Shown here: positions 30,034-38,766 of the stretch, piece after piece
Position numbering within the stretch: position 1 is the stretch's first letter
Layout: the number at the start of each line of letters is the position of its first letter
Notes under the pieces: model-generated
Told to the model about the DNA's origin: nothing
Seen by the model: only the letters and a program-made list of their open reading frames with translations
The model's database searches: none
Source: Hyphomicrobiales bacterium
Lineage (GTDB): Bacteria > Pseudomonadota > Alphaproteobacteria > Rhizobiales > Beijerinckiaceae
DNA length: 48,609 nucleotides
Direction: 5' to 3'
NCBI GenBank assembly: GCA_947374125.1
Contig: CANCAR010000001.1
Location: forward strand, 1 to 48,609
Program-made: the position numbers and the translations under genes

Positions 30034-30996
30034 TCAGAATCGGCCTTTGGTTAACCCATCGCGGATGCGAGCATCCATCCAATCGGTCTCGACGCTGGCT
30101 GAGGGGATTTGGCCGACCCAAGCGTGGAAGGCATGCGTCATGCCACGCGCTACCCGCCAAACATGGGGAATATCGGACTCTGCCAGCCGACGCGCAAAAA
30201 GGGCGGCGTCATCCGCCAACGGATCGCATTCGGCACTCAACATCACGGTCGCCGGCCAATCAGAGGGTACGGGGTGGCGTGCGGGCGAAAATTCGGGATG
30301 TTCCGCCGAGCCATCTTTGCCGCGATAGGCTTCTATGAACAAATCAAGCCCGGAACGCTCCAAGATATGGCCCCGTCCGTAAAGGGTGGTCGAAGGGAGC
30401 GTCTGCGTCATATCAAGCCACGGGCTCATGAGAAACAGAAGAGAAATCGGGGATCGCCCTTTGGCGAGCAGGCGTTGCGTAACGGCCGCGGCAAGACCCG
30501 CACCGGCGCTTATCCCGCCAAAGCCCATTTTGGCAGTTTGAATGCCGGAAATCGCGCCCTTAGCAATCGCCTCAATAAGGTCCTCGCCATCATCAATGCC
30601 AGCCGGCCAAGGATGCTCGGGAGCTAGGCGATAGGAAATTGAGACGACATTGGCCGGAACACTAACCGCCAACCGCAATGCCTCGTGGTGAACATCGTCG
30701 AGACCACCAACGGCATAACCGCCACCATGCACAAAGACTAGGGTTGGAAGGGCGTTGCCGCCTTCTGGTCGATACACCCGTACCGGGCGCTCGCCATCCC
30801 GCGTGGCGATCGATTGCTTTTCAACGGCTACTCCCGACCGTTCCTCAATCGTTTTTTTAAGCGGGAATTGCACGCGACCCCAATGGCGTTGCTCTGGGAA
30901 ATTCTGGCCTGTTCGCGCCGGGACGCCGTTTTCTTTTTGCCAGTCGCCAAGAAGGGCAATCAGCGCGGTGACTTCAGGGTGGAGCGGCATCGTCAA
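30034..30996 (-). CDS. Alpha/beta hydrolase, hormone-sensitive-lipase/esterase family
   Basis: Oxyanion motif VFVHGGGYAVGG and nucleophile elbow GISAGAGLA (GxSxG). Confidence 0.82.
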   Translation of the reverse strand: MTMPLHPEVTALIALLGDWQKENGVPARTGQNFPEQRHWGRVQFPLKKTIEERSGVAVEKQSIATRDGERPVRVYRPEGGNALPTLVFVHGGGYAVGGLDDVHHEALRLAVSVPANVVSISYRLAPEHPWPAGIDDGEDLIEAIAKGAISGIQTAKMGFGGISAGAGLAAAVTQRLLAKGRSPISLLFLMSPWLDMTQTLPSTTLYGRGHILERSGLDLFIEAYRGKDGSAEHPEFSPARHPVPSDWPATVMLSAECDPLADDAALFARRLAESDIPHVWRVARGMTHAFHAWVGQIPSASVETDWMDARIRDGLTKGRF

Positions 30997-31005
30997 TCTC
31001 TCGTT

Positions 31006-31527
31006 CTAATCGATCTTCATCGGTTGCGGATCGCTCAGTATCTTCTGCATGAAAACGAGGTCAAGCCAACGGTCGAATTTCCAGCCGACTTCCTTCAACC
31101 GTCCGGTTTCGATAAATCCGAGATCACGGTGGAATTTCAGCGAGCCGGTATTACCCGCTTCGATACCGCCGATCATCACATGTTTACCCAGCGCTTTCGC
31201 GGCTTCAAACAAAGGCGGCATGAGTTGTTTGCCGATGCCTTTGCCGTGATGATGGCGGTGGACATAGATGGAGTGCTCGACCGAGTGGAGATAACCGTCA
31301 TGTGGTCGAAAATCGCCAAAACTGGCAAAACCCGCGATCGCGCCACCTAGGACTGCCACAAAGATGGGATAGTTCTTCTGGTGCCGTTCGATCATCCAAG
31401 CGCGGCGACTATCGAGCGTATAGGCATAATGCGACCAAATAGCCGTGGTATTCAGGATCGAGTCGTTCACGATCTCCAAAATACCGGGTAAGTCCGTTTC
31501 GACGGCTGCGCGAATGGTGACTTTCAT
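31006..31527 (-). CDS. GNAT N-acetyltransferase, phosphinothricin / methionine-sulfoximine acetyltransferase-like
   Basis: IRAAVETDLPGILEIVNDSI...YVHRHHHGKGIGKQLM...GGIEAGNTGSLKFHRDLGFIETGRLKEVGWKFDRWLDLVFMQ matches the PAT/MddA-type GNAT pattern. Confidence 0.8.
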   Translation of the reverse strand: MKVTIRAAVETDLPGILEIVNDSILNTTAIWSHYAYTLDSRRAWMIERHQKNYPIFVAVLGGAIAGFASFGDFRPHDGYLHSVEHSIYVHRHHHGKGIGKQLMPPLFEAAKALGKHVMIGGIEAGNTGSLKFHRDLGFIETGRLKEVGWKFDRWLDLVFMQKILSDPQPMKID

Positions 31528-31673
31528 AAGGGTTATCCTTCTAAGCCGAGCGCGGATCGCCTGCTTGATTATACCGCTATCCGGATCAGACCTAATCCCG
31601 AAAGCTTTGATAATTTGAATTTAGGCGTTAGGTGACTCGCCCAACGAGTTTCAGTCAAAGAGGATACCCCATC

Positions 31674-32312
31674 GTGACCGTGCTGCAAAATATGAACTGG
31701 CGATATGCGACAAAGAAAATGGATCCGTCGAAATCCGTCGCGGAGGACAAAGTCGACCGAATTCTCGAAGCCATTCGGTTGACGCCGACGTCCAGCGGAC
31801 TTCAACCCTATGAAGTGTTGGTGATTACCAACAAAGACATCAAAGAAAAAATTCAGGCCTTGGCCTGGGGCCAATCGCAGGTGGTGGATTGTTCGCATCT
31901 CATTGTTTTTGCGGCGTGGGACAATTACACGAACGAGCGTATCAATGCCTCGTTTGATTTCACGATCCAAGAACGTGGCTTGGGTACGAATGAGCGGACG
32001 GAAACCTATCGGCAAAGCCTTTTGACGAATTACCCGCCACGTGGGCCGGAAGTAAATTTCCAGCATACCGCCAAACAAACCTATATTGCTTTAGGCGTTG
32101 CGATGTTGGCCGCCGCCGATGAGCAGGTTGATTCAACGCCGATGGAAGGGTTTGATCCGAATGCGCTTGACGAGCTCTTGGGCCTGCGTGCCAAAGGGCT
32201 TCGCAGCGTTACAATCTTGCCGCTTGGCTATCGCGATACGGATAATGACTGGCTGCTGCCTTTGAAAAAGGTACGCCGCCCACGCGCGAGTTTCGTCACC
32301 ATAATCAAGTAA
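31674..32312 (+). CDS. Nitroreductase-family NAD(P)H-dependent oxidoreductase
   Basis: NMNWRYATKKMD...IRLTPTSSGLQPYEVLVI...TPMEGFD nitroreductase blocks. Preferred start GTG 31674 with AGAGGA upstream. The tracked ORF starts at 31632. Confidence 0.82.
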   Translation: MTVLQNMNWRYATKKMDPSKSVAEDKVDRILEAIRLTPTSSGLQPYEVLVITNKDIKEKIQALAWGQSQVVDCSHLIVFAAWDNYTNERINASFDFTIQERGLGTNERTETYRQSLLTNYPPRGPEVNFQHTAKQTYIALGVAMLAAADEQVDSTPMEGFDPNALDELLGLRAKGLRSVTILPLGYRDTDNDWLLPLKKVRRPRASFVTIIK

Positions 32313-32325
32313 TCCTGATGGATGC

Positions 32326-32354
32326 AACCGCCGCCCTCTTTAAGGGTGGCGGTT
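32326..32354. terminator. Bidirectional hairpin between convergent genes
   Basis: aaccgccgccct / agggtggcggtt forms a 12-bp stem (one G-U pair) with a 5-nt loop. It lies between the nitroreductase stop and the flavin reductase stop and is followed by taagttt. Confidence 0.55.
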
Positions 32355-32360
32355 TAAGTT

Positions 32361-32885
32361 TCAGCCCACGGCCGCGAAGGGTTCAATCGGCAAATCTTTT
32401 GTCGTGCGGTAGAGGCCCGACCAATAGAGCAACGGGTCTGACCATTGCCCGATATCCACGGCCTCAATTCGGCCGATCACGATGGCGTGGGAATGCCGCT
32501 CGATGATTTCTTCCACCGTGCAGTCGATGGCCGCCAGCGCATCCTCCAACAACGGTGCCCCTGTGGCGAGGCTTTTCCAGCGCGTTCCAGCAAAGCGCGC
32601 TGCTCCCTTTTCGCCGGTTTTGCCAGCGAAACGGTCGGCGAGGTCTTGCTGATTGGCACCCAATAGATTGACGCCAAACGCGCCATATTCCGCAATCAAG
32701 GGCCAAGCGGAAGCATCACGGTTGATGCACACCAGCAACCGTGGGGGTTCAGCCGAAAGGGAGGTGACCGATGTGGCGGTGAGACCTGTTCGGTCAGCAC
32801 CGCTGCCGACGGTGATCAGTCCCACGCCGCCAGCTAACCGGCGCATCGCTTGACGGAAGGCGGTCGGATCAATGGACGAGCTCAT
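32361..32885 (-). CDS. Flavin reductase-like domain protein (HpaC/NtaB-type), last gene of the ssu operon
   Basis: FRQAMRRLAGGVGLITV...TGLTATSVTSLSAEPPRLLVCINRDA pattern of the flavin_reduct family. ATGA overlap with the ssuB stop. Confidence 0.82.
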   Translation of the reverse strand: MSSSIDPTAFRQAMRRLAGGVGLITVGSGADRTGLTATSVTSLSAEPPRLLVCINRDASAWPLIAEYGAFGVNLLGANQQDLADRFAGKTGEKGAARFAGTRWKSLATGAPLLEDALAAIDCTVEEIIERHSHAIVIGRIEAVDIGQWSDPLLYWSGLYRTTKDLPIEPFAAVG

Positions 32886-33670
32886 ATAACATACTCCTCG
32901 GTCTGGGATTTTGATTTTAAAAGGGCGGACAGCAACTCGTCGGCTAAGGCCGCGAATTGCACGGAGCCTCGCCGTCTCGGACGGGGGAACGGGACGTCGA
33001 GGTCGAGCGCAATTTGGCCGTTCTCGATCAGAACAATCCGGTCCGCCAAAGTCAGCGCTTCGGTTACGTCATGGGTGACAAGGATGGCGGTGAACCCCTC
33101 TTCCTGCCAAACGTTTTCCAGCAAGGACTGCATGCCGATGCGGGTAAGCGCATCCAGCGCACCAAGCGGCTCATCCAACACTAGGAGGTCAGGTCTGCTG
33201 ACGAGGGCGCGCGCTAGCGCGACGCGTTGTTTCTGCCCGCCGGAGAGGACATCAGGCCATTCGGGTCCACGGTCGGCGAGATGAACCGCTTCCAGCGCGT
33301 TTCGGGCTTTTGAAAGCGCATCCTGACGGGAAGGAGTTGGTCCAAGGCCAAAGGCGACGTTGTCGATAATGCTGGCCCAAGGGGGCAAGCGAGGCTCCTG
33401 ATACATGATACGGGCCGTTGTTTTTACGCCGCCTGCTCCGCCGATTGTCAGCGCGCCGCCAAAATCATGGTCCAAGCCCGCAATGACCCGCAATAAGGTG
33501 CTTTTTCCCGACCCGGACTTGCCGACAATGGCAACAAATTCTCCCGGCTTGATGTCAAGATCGACGCCTTCAAGGACCGAATTGTTGCCAAAACGGCGCG
33601 TGATGCCGCGTAAGGTTACGGATGCTCCAGCTGCCGAAACACGTTCTTGCTTAAATGCTGTCTGTGTCAT
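32882..33670 (-). CDS. ssuB: Aliphatic sulfonate ABC transporter ATP-binding protein
   Basis: Walker A GKSGSGKST, signature LSGGQKQR, Walker B LVLDEPL. Preferred start ATG 33670 (ATGA overlap with the ssuC stop). Confidence 0.88.
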   Translation of the reverse strand: MTQTAFKQERVSAAGASVTLRGITRRFGNNSVLEGVDLDIKPGEFVAIVGKSGSGKSTLLRVIAGLDHDFGGALTIGGAGGVKTTARIMYQEPRLPPWASIIDNVAFGLGPTPSRQDALSKARNALEAVHLADRGPEWPDVLSGGQKQRVALARALVSRPDLLVLDEPLGALDALTRIGMQSLLENVWQEEGFTAILVTHDVTEALTLADRIVLIENGQIALDLDVPFPRPRRRGSVQFAALADELLSALLKSKSQTEEYVI

Positions 33671-34509
33671 GCGCGTCGGCCCTTCCGATAGGCGGGATGC
33701 CAAGAAAGGCTTAAGCGCTCGATGACGCGGACGGCGCTGTCCGCCACCTTCCCCAAAAGCGCGTAGATCAGGATCGCCAGCACCACGACATCGGTCTGCA
33801 TAAACTCCCGTGCGCTCATCGCCATATAACCAAGGCCCGATTGCGCGGCGATGGTTTCAGCCACAATTAAAGTGAGCCACATAATGCCGAGCGCGTAACG
33901 AAGCCCGACAAGAATAGAAGGTAGTGCGCCAGGCAGAATCACCCGTCGAAACAGGGCAAACCCTGAAAATCCGTACGAACGGGCCATTTCGACCAGCTGT
34001 GGATCAACGGTCCGGATGCCGTGAAACGTGTTGATGTAGATTGGGAAAAACACGCCGAAGGATACGAGAAACAGCTTGGCCCCTTCCTCGATCCCGAACC
34101 AAAGGATGACAAGGGGGATCAACGCCAGATTGGGGATGTTGCGCACCATTTGGATGGTGGTGTCGGTGGCGCGTTCGGAGAGGCGTGACAGGCCGTTGGA
34201 AAGTCCGAAGCTAAACGCGATTGTGCCACCGACGATGAGGCCGGATGCGGCGCGAGAAAAGCTAACGCCAGCATTGGTTGCCAATTCGCCCGAACGGAGC
34301 AGACGCCAAGCGGCGGCTAGCACTTCCGAAGGCGCGGGGAGGATTGACGCTGGCAATTGGCCGAGGCTAGCGGAGGCCTGCCATACAATGAGGATCGTTA
34401 GCGGTAATAGCCAAGGCACGATTCCCTTTGGCGAAAGGCGGGAAGGGAGCGCCAATGCGCCCCCTCGACCTACTCTTTTGCCGCTTACCCGAAGGGCGAG
34501 ATCGGTCAT
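33667..34509 (-). CDS. ssuC: Aliphatic sulfonate ABC transporter permease
   Basis: BPD-type permease with an EAA-like loop (ARSYGFSGFALFRRVILPGALP). Preferred start ATG 34509 with GAGG 6 nt upstream. Confidence 0.86.
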   Translation of the reverse strand: MTDLALRVSGKRVGRGGALALPSRLSPKGIVPWLLPLTILIVWQASASLGQLPASILPAPSEVLAAAWRLLRSGELATNAGVSFSRAASGLIVGGTIAFSFGLSNGLSRLSERATDTTIQMVRNIPNLALIPLVILWFGIEEGAKLFLVSFGVFFPIYINTFHGIRTVDPQLVEMARSYGFSGFALFRRVILPGALPSILVGLRYALGIMWLTLIVAETIAAQSGLGYMAMSAREFMQTDVVVLAILIYALLGKVADSAVRVIERLSLSWHPAYRKGRRA

Positions 34510-34517
34510 GGTTAACC

Positions 34518-35702
34518 TCACGATGCCGAGGCCGCAACACGTATGCCCGTGCCGCTAATGCCGAATTCGCCCGGAGCCGTGGCATGACCCAAGCCCGTAC
34601 CGGTGCGAATACCGAGCTTTGGAAACAGAAGTTCTGCGGTTTGATAGGCCTCTTCCAGATGCGGATAGCCGGACGCGATAATCGTATCGATTCCAAGCGC
34701 TTGGTATTCGCGAAGCCGCGTTGCAACCGTATCGGGATCGCCCACAAGGGCCGTGCCCGCACCGCCACGCACCAAGCCGATGCCTGCCCAGAGATTGGGT
34801 GCAATGGTCAGATTGTCGCGACGACCGCCACCATGCAGCGCACTCATCCGCTTTTGGCCGATGGAATCGGACTCAGCCGCGAATTTCCTTTGTGCGGCGT
34901 CGATCGCTTCATCGGGAAGATGGCGGATGAGTTTATCGGCCGCAGCCCATGCTTCATCTTCTGTATCGCGAACGATGAGATGAACACGAAGGCCGAATTT
35001 CACCGTGCGACCGAAGGCCTTGGCGCGCTGGCGCACCGCGTCAAGCTTCAGTCGCACGTCTTCAAGGGGCTCGCCCCAAGTAAGATAGGTGTCGACATGT
35101 TCAGCCGCGACTTCAATCGCAGCATCCGATGATCCCCCGAACCAGATCGGCGGGGAAGGTTGCTGAACGGGCGGGAAATCGAGTTTAGCCCCTTTAACCT
35201 TGAGATAACGGCCCTCGAAATCCACTTTTTCACCGCGCAACAGCCGCGAATAGATCGTGAGGAATTCAGCCGTATGGGCGTAACGCTCGTCATGCGGAAG
35301 GAAGATGCCGTCTCCGGCCAGTTCGGTCGGGTTGCCACCGGTTACAATATTGACGAGGTAGCGGCCATTGCTGATGCGGTCGAGCGCTGCGGCTTGACGG
35401 GCGAAATAGGTTGGCGACGCGACACCCGGACGAAGGGCGAGAAGAAAGCGGAGACTCTCGGTATGCGTCGCCAAAGCCGAGGCGGTGACGAACGGGTCAT
35501 CGCAGGATTTACCGGTCGGGATCAGCGTGCCTTTAAAACCTAACCGGTCGGCGGCTTGCGCAATCTGTTTGAGATAGCTGAAATCCGCCGGGCGATGGCC
35601 TTTCTCGGTGCCGAGATAGGAGCCGTCGCCACTGACCGGGATGAACCAGTAAATATCCAGCGGCTTTGCCGTGGGTTGTGAAGGGAGGGACGTAATTGAC
35701 AT
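34518..35702 (-). CDS. ssuD: FMNH2-dependent alkanesulfonate monooxygenase (LLM class)
   Basis: [18 protein letters not shown]...[10 protein letters not shown]...NIVTGGNP is a luciferase-like monooxygenase SsuD pattern. Start ATG 35702. Confidence 0.9.
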   Translation of the reverse strand: MSITSLPSQPTAKPLDIYWFIPVSGDGSYLGTEKGHRPADFSYLKQIAQAADRLGFKGTLIPTGKSCDDPFVTASALATHTESLRFLLALRPGVASPTYFARQAAALDRISNGRYLVNIVTGGNPTELAGDGIFLPHDERYAHTAEFLTIYSRLLRGEKVDFEGRYLKVKGAKLDFPPVQQPSPPIWFGGSSDAAIEVAAEHVDTYLTWGEPLEDVRLKLDAVRQRAKAFGRTVKFGLRVHLIVRDTEDEAWAAADKLIRHLPDEAIDAAQRKFAAESDSIGQKRMSALHGGGRRDNLTIAPNLWAGIGLVRGGAGTALVGDPDTVATRLREYQALGIDTIIASGYPHLEEAYQTAELLFPKLGIRTGTGLGHATAPGEFGISGTGIRVAASAS

Positions 35703-35784
35703 GATCGGGTTCTTTCGATCGGAAAAAAGGGTGCGCTGCGGTCCGTCGGAGTCAAGGAGCACGCAGCGCGAGGGGGGAGGATAA

Positions 35785-36747
35785 TTAGGTTGCTGGCTTC
35801 CAGGTCCACACGATGTCTTTGACCGTGAGGGGCTTCGGAATGAGGCCTAGAGCGAGAAAGCGATCTGCAATGCGTTGTTGTTCTGCAATAACGCTGTTGG
35901 TCACAGGGCTAATGGCAAATTCGGTTCGATCAACCGCCTTTTGCTGTGTCTCAACCGCGATGCCGGTTGCCTTGGACAGGATTGCAGTGACGTCCGTGCG
36001 GTGTGTTTCTGCCCAATGCGCGGTTTTGGCCGCCGTCTCATTGATCAGCGACACGAGCTCTGGGTTGGCCTTTGCAAAACTGCCATTTGCTAACAGGTAG
36101 GAGTTTTGCTCGACGATCCCTTTAGCGGTTGCCAAAACCCGCGTTCCAGCCTGCGCTTCGGCGACGGCAAAGAAGGGATCCCAGATTGTCCAAGCATCGA
36201 CCGCTCCTCTGGCGAAGGCGGCCGCGCCATCAGCAGGGGCGAGGTAGACGGGCGTCACATCCTGATAGGAGAGCCCTGCTTTTTCGAGTGCGGCAATGGT
36301 AAGGTTATGGGCGGATGAGGCCTTGGCAAAGCCGATTTTTTTACCCTTCAAATCGGCTAAGGTCTTAATCGGTGACTCATCTTTGACGAGAATGGCCGCA
36401 CCTGCACCTGCTGCAACTTGGGCGGCGACGTAAACAATATTTGCGCCTGCGGCTTGGGCGAAGATCGGAGGTGCATCGCCGGTATAGCCGTAATCAATGC
36501 TGCCGAGATTTAATGCCTCCAACAAAGGCGGGCCAAACGAGAATTCGACCCATTTAAGCGTGAGCCCCTTTGCCTTAAAGGCGTCATCGAGTTGGCCGGT
36601 TTCCTTGGCCAGATAGAGTAATCCGTTCTTCTGGTAACCGATACGGATTTCTTTCGGCGCAGACTGTGCAAAGAGCGAGGCCGGTGAAAGGGCGATAGCT
36701 GCCATTGAGACCGCTAGAACATTTTTCAGGAAAGTGCGTTTTGACAT
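35785..36747 (-). CDS. ssuA: Sulfonate ABC transporter periplasmic substrate-binding protein
   Basis: Signal peptide (...SLFA/QSA) plus an NMT1/SsuA-like binding protein. First gene of the ssu operon. Confidence 0.86.
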   Translation of the reverse strand: MSKRTFLKNVLAVSMAAIALSPASLFAQSAPKEIRIGYQKNGLLYLAKETGQLDDAFKAKGLTLKWVEFSFGPPLLEALNLGSIDYGYTGDAPPIFAQAAGANIVYVAAQVAAGAGAAILVKDESPIKTLADLKGKKIGFAKASSAHNLTIAALEKAGLSYQDVTPVYLAPADGAAAFARGAVDAWTIWDPFFAVAEAQAGTRVLATAKGIVEQNSYLLANGSFAKANPELVSLINETAAKTAHWAETHRTDVTAILSKATGIAVETQQKAVDRTEFAISPVTNSVIAEQQRIADRFLALGLIPKPLTVKDIVWTWKPAT

Positions 36748-36894
36748 TGTGTAGAACCTTTTTATTTAAGGCATGAGTTTGAGCGTCATATAGCTCCGCC
36801 GTTCGCGATCCGATCGCGTTACAGGCATCAACAGTCACACCGTGAGAATGAGGATGGATTGATCCCGGTTAGCGCCCCGGGTGGCAGGTCCGAT

Positions 36895-36921
36895 TTAGGG
36901 ACAACAATACTGCGACATCAT
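36895..36921 (-). promoter_or_regulatory. Candidate leader mini-ORF MMSQYCCP* in the ssu 5' leader
   Basis: Minus strand reads cgcttAAGGAGAagaaccATGATGTCGCAGTATTGTTGTCCCTAA. Strong SD at correct spacing. Four of 8 codons specify sulfur amino acids (two Met, including the initiator, and two tandem Cys). About 147 nt upstream of the ssuA ATG. Function is inferred only. Confidence 0.3.
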
Positions 36922-37260
36922 GGTTCTTCTCCTTAAGCGACGGAGCCCACGAAATCGCCGGATCATTCCGGTTCGTGGCGCTTTAGCATTTGGTGACGCG
37001 GTGCAAGCTGCTCGCTTCAAATCTCCGCGACCGACCCGTGACGAGCCGATGGGTAAAAGATGGCGCAGAGCTGCCTATCCGTCAACGAGAATGTTCTTTT
37101 AAAAGTACGGTGAAAACAGAAAATTTTTCCGAATTTGGTCTAATTGAGAGAATATTTAGGTTTATTGGGGAAGAAATGGTTGTTGAAGGCTTGACGCAGA
37201 GAGCGTATCTATTGTTTTTGTTCGAAATGTAGAACGATATTTTCTCGAAGGCACTACAGA

Positions 37261-37716
37261 ATGGACGCGATTGACCGGAAGATTCTCACCGAATTGCAAC
37301 GCGATGCGACGCTTTCGGTAGCCGAACTCGCTAACCGCGTTGGCTTGAGCCAAACACCGTGCTGGAAGCGCGTTCAGCGGCTCGAGGAAGAAGGTGTGAT
37401 TTTAAAGCGGGTTGCGTTGGTTTCGCCCGAAAAGATCGGCCTCGGGTTGACGGTGATGGTGGCCATTGAAACGGGGGACCATTCCATCGAATGGCTCACG
37501 CAATTTGCTGAGTTTGTAGCCGCACAGCCAGAAGTAATGGAAGTCTACCGCATGGCTGGTGATATTGATTATATGCTTCGCGTCACCGTTGCCGATATGG
37601 CAGCCTATGATGGCTTTTATAAAAGGCTGATTACTGGCGCAAAGCTCAAAAACGTGACGTCGCGCTTTGCGATGGAGCGGATCAAATCCGAGACGGCATT
37701 TGCTGTTCCCGTTTAA
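37261..37716 (+). CDS. Lrp/AsnC-family transcriptional regulator
   Basis: MDAIDRKILTELQRDATLSVAELANRVGLSQTPCWKRVQRLEEEGVI HTH plus a RAM domain. Confidence 0.88.
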   Translation: MDAIDRKILTELQRDATLSVAELANRVGLSQTPCWKRVQRLEEEGVILKRVALVSPEKIGLGLTVMVAIETGDHSIEWLTQFAEFVAAQPEVMEVYRMAGDIDYMLRVTVADMAAYDGFYKRLITGAKLKNVTSRFAMERIKSETAFAVPV

Positions 37717-37761
37717 GGGCCAAGCCTTGACGGGACGTGCGCTTCGCGCCAATACCGATCC

Positions 37762-38142
37762 ATGTACCCGATAAAGCGAACCGGAATTAGGGCTATCCTG
37801 CGCTCCGCGCTGGTGGTGGTGTTTGCCTATTTTCTGGCCGGTCTTGCGCTTACCCCGCACGCTCCTTTGCCGACCTCGTTCGTAGCATCGGATACTCTTT
37901 TATGGTGCTCGGCGGACACGGCCTCTGTTCCGGTTCATCCCGCTGACCGGAAAGATCATCCATCGTCCGATTGCTGTCAGCTTCATCGAGCAGCATCGCT
38001 ACCGATTATGCATGACGCAAAAGCGGAAGTGGAGCGGGCCTATTTGCTCGTTGCTGCGCCGAAGCGGCTTGTTGCGTCGCAACCTTTCGGCTTTCCTGTT
38101 GCTGCTTTCGGCTTTGCGACCGCGCCTCCTCAGAGCATCTGA
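37762..38142 (+). CDS. Hypothetical membrane-anchored Cys/His-containing protein (DUF2946-like; family assignment tentative)
   Basis: N-terminal TM segment (AILRSALVVVFAYFLAGLAL), then WCSAD...HPSSDCCQLH. Located directly upstream of a PCu(A)C gene, a context where DUF2946 proteins are commonly found. Confidence 0.45.
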   Translation: MYPIKRTGIRAILRSALVVVFAYFLAGLALTPHAPLPTSFVASDTLLWCSADTASVPVHPADRKDHPSSDCCQLHRAASLPIMHDAKAEVERAYLLVAAPKRLVASQPFGFPVAAFGFATAPPQSI

Positions 38143-38190
38143 TCCTTGTCTTTTGTTCAGACCCTATCAGCGCTTTTTGGAGAGATTACC

Positions 38191-38673
38191 ATGCGCCCAT
38201 TGATCCGATTGGGAGCCCTTGTGCTCCTGTCTTTTGCCGTCGCAACGACAGCTGTCTATGCCCACGGGTTTACCGTTGGTTCCCTTAAAATCATACATCC
38301 TTGGTCGCGTGCGACGCCTAACGGTGCCGAGGTGGCCGGTGGCTATCTCGCCATTGAAAACACCGGCCAAGAAGCTGACCGGCTGCTCGAAGTGGTCGTT
38401 GAAGGGGTATCTCGCGCGGAAATCCATGAAATGACCACGGTGGATGGCGTTATGAAGATGCGGCCGCTTGCGAATGGTTTGGAGATTCTGCCCGGCAAAA
38501 CGGTTGAGCTAAAGCCCGGCGGTTTTCACATCATGTTGATGGGGCTCAAGGTCCCGGTAACCGAGGGCGCAAAGCTCGCGGGCAAGCTCCGGTTTGAAAA
38601 GGCGGGCTCTGTCGACGTTATATTTAACGTCGAGGCCGCAGGCGCCGTGCACGATCATTCAACCGCCAACTAA
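38191..38673 (+). CDS. Periplasmic copper chaperone PCu(A)C (DUF461)
   Basis: Signal peptide plus the H(M)x10Mx21HxM-type motif (AEIHEMTTVDGVMKMRPL...GGFHIMLMGL). Start ATG 38191 with GGAGAG upstream. Confidence 0.85.
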   Translation: MRPLIRLGALVLLSFAVATTAVYAHGFTVGSLKIIHPWSRATPNGAEVAGGYLAIENTGQEADRLLEVVVEGVSRAEIHEMTTVDGVMKMRPLANGLEILPGKTVELKPGGFHIMLMGLKVPVTEGAKLAGKLRFEKAGSVDVIFNVEAAGAVHDHSTAN

Positions 38674-38681
38674 TTCAATCA

Positions 38682-38718
38682 GGCCTTGTTCCTGATGCGT
38701 CAGGAACAAGGCCATTTG
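38682..38718 (+). terminator. Rho-independent terminator after the PCu(A)C gene
   Basis: Perfect 14-bp stem ggccttgttcctga / tcaggaacaaggcc with loop tgcg, followed by atttgg. Confidence 0.7.
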
Positions 38719-38729
38719 GACAATCGTTA

Positions 38730-38766
38730 TTGACTTATGTCTATATGTCGGCAACTATCGACATAT
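38730..38766 (+). promoter_or_regulatory. arsR promoter with overlapping palindromic operator
   Basis: TTGACT (38730-35), a 17-nt spacer, then AACTAT (38753-58). Inverted repeat ATATGTCG (38743-50) / CGACATAT (38759-66) brackets the -10 and runs into the arsR ATG (38765). Only 6 nt separate the -10 from the ATG. Confidence 0.55.

Noticed and set aside
36920-37232. Plus-strand ORFs 36920..37102 (60 aa) and 36990..37232 (80 aa) in the ssuA / lrp intergenic region.
   Set aside because: No SD, poor composition and no motifs. The region is better explained as divergent promoter and leader DNA.
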